Shown piece by piece: positions 56,077 through 64,000 of a DNA stretch of 64,000 bases; positions within the stretch are counted from its first letter, which is position 1, and each line of letters starts with the position of its first letter. Under the pieces are notes generated by a model. That model saw only the letters and a list, made by a program, of their open reading frames with translations, had not been told where the DNA came from and made no database searches. The translations under genes were made by a program, and so were the position numbers. Source of the stretch: Auanema rhodensis (taxonomy: Eukaryota > Animalia > Nematoda); contig OZ059900.1 in the NCBI GenBank assembly GCA_964057225.1, forward strand, positions 310,001 through 374,000, written 5' to 3'.

Positions 56077-59000
56077 ATATATATTCATTTTGATCAAAAA
56101 AGGTCGAAAATAGAAAGAATTTTTGAAATTTCCGAGTTTTGAGTCCAATTTGGCTGAATCGCTCATATATATGATCAAAAGCATAGTTTTATTGTCTATA
56201 ACAACAAAAGTCATCAATTAAACGCTAGTGATGTTTTAATACTGAATTTCGCTCAAATAGCATTACTACACTAAGTATGGTCGTTTTTATGCCTTTAACA
56301 CCATATACTCACCGATTTTTGGTACAAAATCTGTAATACTCGTAAATTTTGATCATATTCGTTAAGATTTGAGAATCAAACACACAATACACAAAATCAG
56401 TCTATTTTTATGAGCTTGCACTGATATATATTCATTTTGATCAAAAAAGGTCGAAAATAGAAAGAATTTTTGAATTTTCCGAGTTTTGAGTCCAATTGGG
56501 CTAAATCGCTCATATATATGATCAAAAGCATAGTTTTATTGTCTATAACAACAAAAGTCATCAATTAAACGCTAGTGATGTTTAAATACTGAATTTCGCT
56601 CAAATAGCATAACTACACTAAGTATGGTCGTTTTTATGCCTTTAACACCATATACTCACCGATTTTTGGTACAAAATCTGTAATACTCGTAAATTTTGAT
56701 CATATTCGTTAAGATTTGAGAATCAAACACTAAATACACAAAATCAGTCTATTTTAATGAGCTTGCACTGATATATATTCATTTTGATCAAAAAAGGTCG
56801 AAAATAGAAAGAATTTTTGAAATTTCCGAGTTTTGAGTCCAATTTGGCTGAATCGCTCATATATATGATCAAAAGCATAGTTTTATTGTCTATAACAACA
56901 AAAGTCATCAATTAAACGCTAGTGATGTTTTAATACTGAATTTCGCTCAAATAGCATTACTACACTAAGTATGGTCGTTTTTATGCCTTTAACACCATAT
57001 ACTCACCGATTTTTGGTACAAAATCTGTAATACTCGTAAATTTTGATCATATTCGTTAAGATTTGAGAATCAAACACTCAATACACAAAATCAGTCTATT
57101 TTTATGAGCTTGCACTGATATATATTCATTTTGATCAAAAAAGGTCGAAAATAGAAAGAATTTTTGAAATTTCCGAGTTTTGAGTCCAATTTGGCTAAAT
57201 CGCTCATATATATGATCAAAAGCATAGTTTTATTGTCTATAACAACAAAAGTCATCAATTAAACGCTAGTGATGTTTAAATACTGAATTTCGCTCAAATA
57301 GCATAACTACACTAAGTATGGTCGTTTTTATGCCTTTAACACCATATACTCACCGATTTTTGGTACAAAATCTGTAATACTCGTAAATTTTGATCATATT
57401 CGTTAAGATTTGAGAATCAAACATACAATACACAAAATCAGTCTATTTTTATGAGCTTGCACTGATATATATTCATTTTGATCAAAAAAGGTCGAAAATA
57501 GAAAGAATTTTTGAAATTTCCGAGTTTTGAGTCTAATTTGGCTAAATCGCTCATATATATGATCAGAAGCATAGTTTTATTGTCTATGACAACAAAAGTC
57601 ATCAATTAAACGCTAGTGATGTTTAAATACTGATTTTCGCTCAAATAGCATTACTACACTAAGTATGGTCGTTTTTATGCCTTTAACACCATATACTCAC
57701 CGATTTTTGGTACAAAATCTGTAATACTCGTAAATTTTGATCATATTCGTTAAGATTTGAGAATCAAACACTCAATACACAAAATCAGTCTATTTTTATG
57801 AGCTTGCACTGATATATATTCATTTTGATCAAAAAAGGTCGAAAATAGAAAGAATTTTTGAAATTTCCGAGTTTTGAGTCCAATTTGGCTAAATCGCTCA
57901 TATATATGATCAAAAGCATAGTTTTATTGTCTATAACAACAGAAGTCATCAATTAAACGCTAGTGATGTTTAAATACTGAATTTCGCTCAAATAGCATAA
58001 CTACACTAAGTATGGTCGTTTTTATGCCTTTAACACCATATACTCACCGATATTTGGTACAAAATCTGTAATACTCGTAAATTTTGATCATATTCGTTAA
58101 GATTTGAGAATCAAACACACAATACACAAAATCAGTCTATTTTAATGAGCTTGCACTGATATATATTCATTTTGATCAAAAAAGGTCGAAAATAGAAAGA
58201 ATTTTTGAAATTTCCGAGTTTTGAGTCCAATTTGGCTGAATCGCTCATATATATGATCAAAAGCATAGTTTTATTGTCTATAACAACAAAAGTCATCAAT
58301 TAAACGCTAGTGATGTTTTAATACTGAATTTCGCTCAAATAGCATTACTACACTAAGTATGGTCGTTTTTATGCCTTTAACACCATATACTCACCGATTT
58401 TTGGTACAAAATCTGTAATACTCGTAAATTTTGATCATATTCGTTAAGATTTGAGAATCAAACACACAATACACAAAATCAGTCTATTTTTATGAGCTTG
58501 CACTGATATATATTCATTTTGATCAAAAAAGGTCGAAAATAGAAAGAATTTTTGAATTTTCCGAGTTTTGAGTCCAATTGGGCTAAATCGCTCATATATA
58601 TGATCAAAAGCATAGTTTTATTGTCTATGACAACAAAAGTCATTAATTAAACACTAATGATGTTTAAATCACTAAATTTCGCTCAAATAGCATTACTACA
58701 CTAAGTATGGTCGTTTTTATGCCTTTAACACCATATACTCACCGATTTTTGGTACAAAATCTGTAATACTCGTAAATTTTGATCATATTCGTTAAGATTT
58801 GAGAATCAAACACACAATACCCAAAATCAGTCTATTTTTATGAGCTTGCACTGATATATATTCATTTTGATCAAAAAAGGTCGAAAATAGAAAGAATTTT
58901 TGAAATTTCCGAGTTTTGAGTCCAATTTGGCTAAATCGCTCATATATATGATCAAAAGCATAGTTTCATTGTCTATAACAACAAAAGTCATCAATTAAAC

Positions 59001-62000
59001 GCTAGTGATGTTTTAATACTGAATTTCGCTCAAATAGCATAACTACACTAAGTATGGTCGTTTTTATGCCTTTAACACCATATACTCACCGATTTTTGGT
59101 ACAAAATCTGTAATACTCGTAAATTTTGATCATATTCGTTAAGATTTGAGAATCAAACATACAATACACAAATTCAGTCTATTTTTATGAGCTTGCACTG
59201 ATATATATTCATTTTGATCAAAAAAGGTCGAAAATAGAAAGAATTTTTGAAATTTCCGAGTTTTGAGTCTAATTTGGCTAAATCGCTCATATATATGATC
59301 AGAAGCATAGTTTTATTGTCTATGACAACAAAAGTCATCAATTAAACGCTAGTGATGTTTAAATACTGATTTTCGCTCAAATAGCATTACTACACTAAGT
59401 ATGGTCGTTTTTATGCCTTTAACACCATATACTCACCGATTTTTGGTACAAAATCTGTAATACTCGTAAATTTTGATCATATTCGTTAAGATTTGAGAAT
59501 CAAACACTCAATACACAAAATCAGTCTATTTTTATGAGCTTGCACTGATATATATTCATTTTGATCAAAAAAGGTCGAAAATAGAAAGAATTTTTGAAAT
59601 TTCCGAGTTTTGAGTCCAATTTGGCTAAATCGCTCATATATATGATCAAAAGCATAGTTTTATTGTCTATAACAACAAAAGTCATCAATTAAACGCTAGT
59701 GATGTTTAAATACTGAATTTCGCTCAAATAGCATAACTACACTAAGTATGGTCGTTTTTATGCCTTTAACACCATATACTCACCGATTTTTGGTACAAAA
59801 TCTGTAATACTCGTAAATTTTGATCATATTCGTTAAGATTTGAGAATCAAACACACAATACACAAAATCAGTCTATTTTTATGAGCTTGCACTGATATAT
59901 ATTCATTTTGATCAAAAAAGGTCGAAAATAGAAAGAATTTTTGAAATTTCCGAGTTTTGAGTCCAATTTGGCTGAATCGCTCATATATATGATCAAAAGC
60001 ATAGTTTTATTGTCTATAACAACAAAAGTCATCAATTAAACGCTAGTGATGTTTTAATACTGAATTTCGCTCAAATAGCATTACTACACTAAGTATGGTC
60101 GTTTTTATGCCTTTAACACCATATACTCACCGATTTTTGGTACAAAATCTGTAATACTCGTAAATTTTGATCATATTCGTTAAGATTTGAGAATCAAACA
60201 CACAATACACAAAATCAGTCTATTTTTATGAGCTTGCACTGATATATATTCATTTTGATCAAAAAAGGTCGAAAATAGAAAGAATTTTTGAATTTTCCGA
60301 GTTTTGAGTCCAATTGGGCTAAATCGCTCATATATATGATCAAAAGCATAGTTTTATTGTCTATGACAACAAAAGTCATTAATTAAACACTAATGATGTT
60401 TAAATCACTAAATTTCGCTCAAATAGCATTACTACACTAAGTATGGTCGTTTTTATGCCTTTAACACCATATACTCACCGATTTTTGGTACAAAATCTGT
60501 AATACTCGTAAATTTTGATCATATTCGTTAAGATTTGAGAATCAAACACACAATACCCAAAATCAGTCTATTTTTATGAGCTTGCACTGATATATATTCA
60601 TTTTGATCAAAAAAGGTCGAAAATAGAAAGAATTTTTGAAATTTCCGAGTTTTGAGTCCAATTTGGCTAAATCGCTCATATATATGATCAAAAGCATAGT
60701 TTCATTGTCTATAACAACAAAAGTCATCAATTAAACGCTAGTGATGTTTTAATACTGAATTTCGCTCAAATAGCATTACTACACTAAGTATGGTCGTTTT
60801 TATGCCTTTAACACTATATACTCACCGATTTTTGGTACAAAATCTGTAATACTTGTAAATTTTGTTCATATTTGTTAAGATTTGAGAATCAAACACACAA
60901 TACACAAAATCAGTCTATTTTTATGAGTTTGCACTGATATATATTCATTTTGATCAAAAAAGGTCGAAAATAGAAAGAATTTTGGAAATGTCCGAGTTTT
61001 GAAATCCAATTTGGCTAAATCGCTCATATATATGATCAAAAGCATAGTTTTATTGTCTATAACAACAAAAGTCATCAATTAAACGCTAGTGATGTTTAAA
61101 TACTGAATTTCGCTCAAATAGCATAACTACACTAAGTATGGTCGTTTTTATGCCTTTAACACCATATACTCACCGATTTTTGGTACAAAATCTGTAATAC
61201 TTGTAAATTTTGATCATATTCGTTAAGATTTGAGAATCAAACATAGAATACACGAAATCAGTCTATTTTTATGAGCTTGCACTGATATATATTCATTTTG
61301 ATCAAAAAAGGTCGAAAATAGAAAGAATTTTTGAAATTTCCGAGTTTTGAGTCTAATTTGGCTAAATCGCTCATATATATGATCAGAAGCATAGTTTTAT
61401 TGTCTATGACAACAAAAGTCATCAATTAAACGCTAGTGATGTTCAAATACTGATTTTCGCTCGAATAGCATTACTACACTAAGTATGGTCGTTTTTATGC
61501 CTTTAACACCATATACTCACCGATTTTTGGTACAAAATCTGTAATACTCGTAAATTTTGATCATATTCGTTAAGATTTGAGAATCAAACACACAATACAC
61601 AAAATCAGTCTATTTTTATGAGCTTGCACTGATATATATTCATTTTGATCAAAAAAGGTCGAAAATAGAAAGAATTTTTGAAATTTCCGAGTTTTGAGTC
61701 CAATTTGGCTAAATCGCTCATATATATGATCAAAAGCATAGTTTTATTGTCTATAACAACAAAAGTCATCAATTAAACGCTAGTGATGTTTAAATACTGA
61801 ATTTCGCTCAAATAGCATTACTACACTAAGTATGGTCGTTTTTATGCCTTTAACACCATATACTCACCGATTTTTGGTACAAAATCTGTAATACTCGTAA
61901 ATTTTGATCATATTCGTTAAGATTTGAGAATCAAACACACAATACACAAAATCAGTCTATTTTTATGAGCTTGCACTGATATATATTCATTTTGATCAAA

Positions 62001-64000
62001 AAAGGTCGAAAATAGAAAGAATTTTTGAATTTTCCGAGTTTTGAGTCCAATTGGGCTAAATCGCTCATTTATATGATCAAAAGCATAGTTTTATTGTCTA
62101 TGACAACAAAAGTCATTAATTAAACACTAATGATGTTTAAATCACTAAATTTCGCTCAAATAGCATTACTACACTAAGTATGGTCGTTTTTATGCCTTTA
62201 ACACCATATACTCACCAATTTTTGGTACAAAATCTGTAATACTCGTAAATTTTGATCATATTCGTTAAGATTTGAGAAGCAAACACACAATACACAAAAT
62301 CAGTCTATTTTTATGAGCTTGCACTGATATATATTCATTTTGATCAAAAAAGGTCGAAAATAGAAAGAATTTTTGAAATTTCCGAGTTTTGAGTCCAATT
62401 TGGCTGAATCGCTCATATATATGATCAAAAGCATAGTTTTATTGTCTATAACAACAAAAGTCATCAATTAAACGCTAGTGATGTTTTAATACTGAATTTC
62501 GCTCAAATAGCATTACTACACTAAGTATGGTCGTTTTTATGCCTTTAACACCATATACTCACCGATTTTTGGTACAAAATCTGTAATACTCGTAAATTTT
62601 GATCATATTCGTTAAGATTTGAAAATCAAACACACAATAAACAAAATCAGTATATTTATATGAGTTTGCACTGATATATATTCATTTTGATCAAAAAAGG
62701 TCGAAAATAGAAAGAATTTTTGAATTTTCCGAGTTTTGAGTCCAATTGGGCTAAATCGCTCATATATATGATCAAAAGCATAGTTTTATTGTCTATGACA
62801 ACAAAAGTCATTAATTAAACACTAATGATGTTTAAATCACTAAATTTCGCTCAAATAGCATTACTACACTAAGTATGGTCGTTTTTATGCCTTTAACACC
62901 ATATACTCACCGATTTTTGGTACAAAATCTGTAATACTCGTAAATTTTGATCATATTCGTTAAGATTTGAGAATCAAACACACAATACACAAAATCAGTC
63001 TATTTTTATGAGCTTGCACTGATATATATTCATTTTGATCAAAAAAGGTCGAAAATAGAAAGAATTTTTGAAATTTCCGAGTTTTGAGTCCAATTTGGCT
63101 AAATCGCTCATATATATGATCAAAAGCATAGTTTTATTGTCTATAACAACAAAAGTCATCAATTAAACGCTAGTGATGTTTAAATACTGAATTTCGCTCA
63201 AATAGCATTACTACACTAAGTATGGTCGTTTTTATGCCTTTAACACCATATACTCACCGATTTTTGGTACAAAATCTGTAATACTCGTAAATTTTGATCA
63301 TATTCGTTAAGATTTGAGAATCCAACACACAATACACAAAATCAGTCTATTTTTATGAGCTTGCACTGATATATATTCATTTTGATCAAAAAAGGTCGAA
63401 AATAGAAAGAATTTTTGAAATTTCCGAGTTTTGAGTCCAATTTGGCTAAATCGCTCATATATATGATCAAAAGCATAGTTTTATTGTCTATAACAACTAA
63501 AGTCATCAATTAAACGCTAGTGATGTTTAAATACTGAATTTCGCTCAAATAGCATTACTACACTAAGTATGGTCGTTTTTATGCCTTTAACACCATATAC
63601 TCTCCGATTTTTGGTACAAAATCTGTAATACTCGTAAATTTTGATCATATTCGTTAAGATTTGAGAATCAAACACACAATACACAAAATCAGTCTATTTT
63701 TATGAGCTTGCACTGATATATATTCATTTTGATCAAAAAAGGTCGAAAATAGAAAGAATTTTTGAATTTTCCGAGTTTTGAGTCCAATTGGGCTAAATCG
63801 CTCATATATATGATCAAAAGCATAGTTTTATTGTCTATGACAACGAAAGTCATTAATTAAACACTAATGATGTTTAAATCACTAAATTTCGCTCAAATAG
63901 CATTACTACACTAAGTATGGTCGTTTTTATGCCTTTAACACCATATACTCACCGATTTTTGGTACAAAATCTGTAATACTCGTAAATTTTGATCATATTC
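56077..64000 (+). repeat. 32-monomer tandem duplication, copy 2 (truncated by the window end; matches 44963-52886)
   Basis: Monomer order and private SNPs match copy 1. I noticed only two differences (58813 and 58821). Confidence 0.92.

Larger units (their letters stand above)
1..64000. repeat. Tandem satellite DNA array, 347-bp monomer (184 full copies plus 1 partial), AT-rich, single orientation; likely (peri)centromeric or heterochromatic
   Basis: The motif tcaaatagcattactacactaagtatggtcg recurs at 1, 348, 696, 1043, 1390, 1737, 2084, 2431 ... 63893. Arithmetic closes exactly: 63892 = 184x347 + 44. The 44 extra bases are 38 monomers with a +1 C, two with +2 bp (~40765 and ~56077) and two with +1 bp (~49889, ~61003). 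No non-repeat sequence is seen. The centromeric or heterochromatic location is inferred from length, homogeneity and A+T content. Confidence 0.99.
40625..64000. repeat. Right array domain: defined by gcataac, cactcaat and cactaaat alleles
   Basis: gcataac first appears in the monomer starting at 40625 and recurs to ~61.1 kb. The cactaaa/cactcaa alleles appear from ~41.1 kb. I did not see either left of 40.6 kb. Confidence 0.8.

Noticed and set aside
49761-61078. Two 67-aa ORFs (MMTFVVIDNK...)
   Set aside because: Created by a 1-bp insertion (gaaatcc versus gagtcc) in one monomer and copied by the 11,114-bp duplication. Useful only as a marker.
1-64000. CRISPR-like or repeat-spacer array
   Set aside because: There are no unique spacers; the entire 347-bp unit repeats, and no cas genes are present.
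1-64000. Transposon insertions or strand inversions within the array
   Set aside because: The monomer phase is continuous and the length arithmetic closes exactly, leaving no room for insertions or inversions.
1-64000. Idea that monomer variant order encodes information or reflects programmed diversification
   Set aside because: The order is adequately explained by nested duplication, crossover and conversion. No associated recombinase, reverse transcriptase or expression site is present.

Overview
The whole 64-kb window is one uninterrupted head-to-tail array of an AT-rich satellite DNA (about 71% A+T, hand-counted on a consensus-like monomer). It has a 347-bp monomer with 348/349-bp indel variants: 184 complete monomers from position 1 plus a 108-bp partial copy starting at 63893, all in one orientation. 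I see no credible genes, RNA genes, transposon insertions or CRISPR array, and the 15 short ORFs are artefacts of two monomer variants. This looks like eukaryotic (peri)centromeric or heterochromatic DNA; I cannot name the family or organism. I do not find a new gene-encoded system. What is of interest lies in the variant pattern: (1) three variant-defined domains; (2) nested, irregular higher-order duplications with offsets of 2, 4, 5, 8, 12, 14, 16, 17, 26, 27 and 32 monomers; (3) a very recent 11,114-bp tandem duplication whose breakpoint coincides with the only (AT)5 slippage allele I found; (4) a probable post-duplication gene-conversion tract; (5) a divergent ~64-bp patch that defines monomer subfamilies; (6) a monomer rich in dyad symmetry, including a polymorphic perfect hairpin. 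All alignments were done by eye and should be confirmed computationally.
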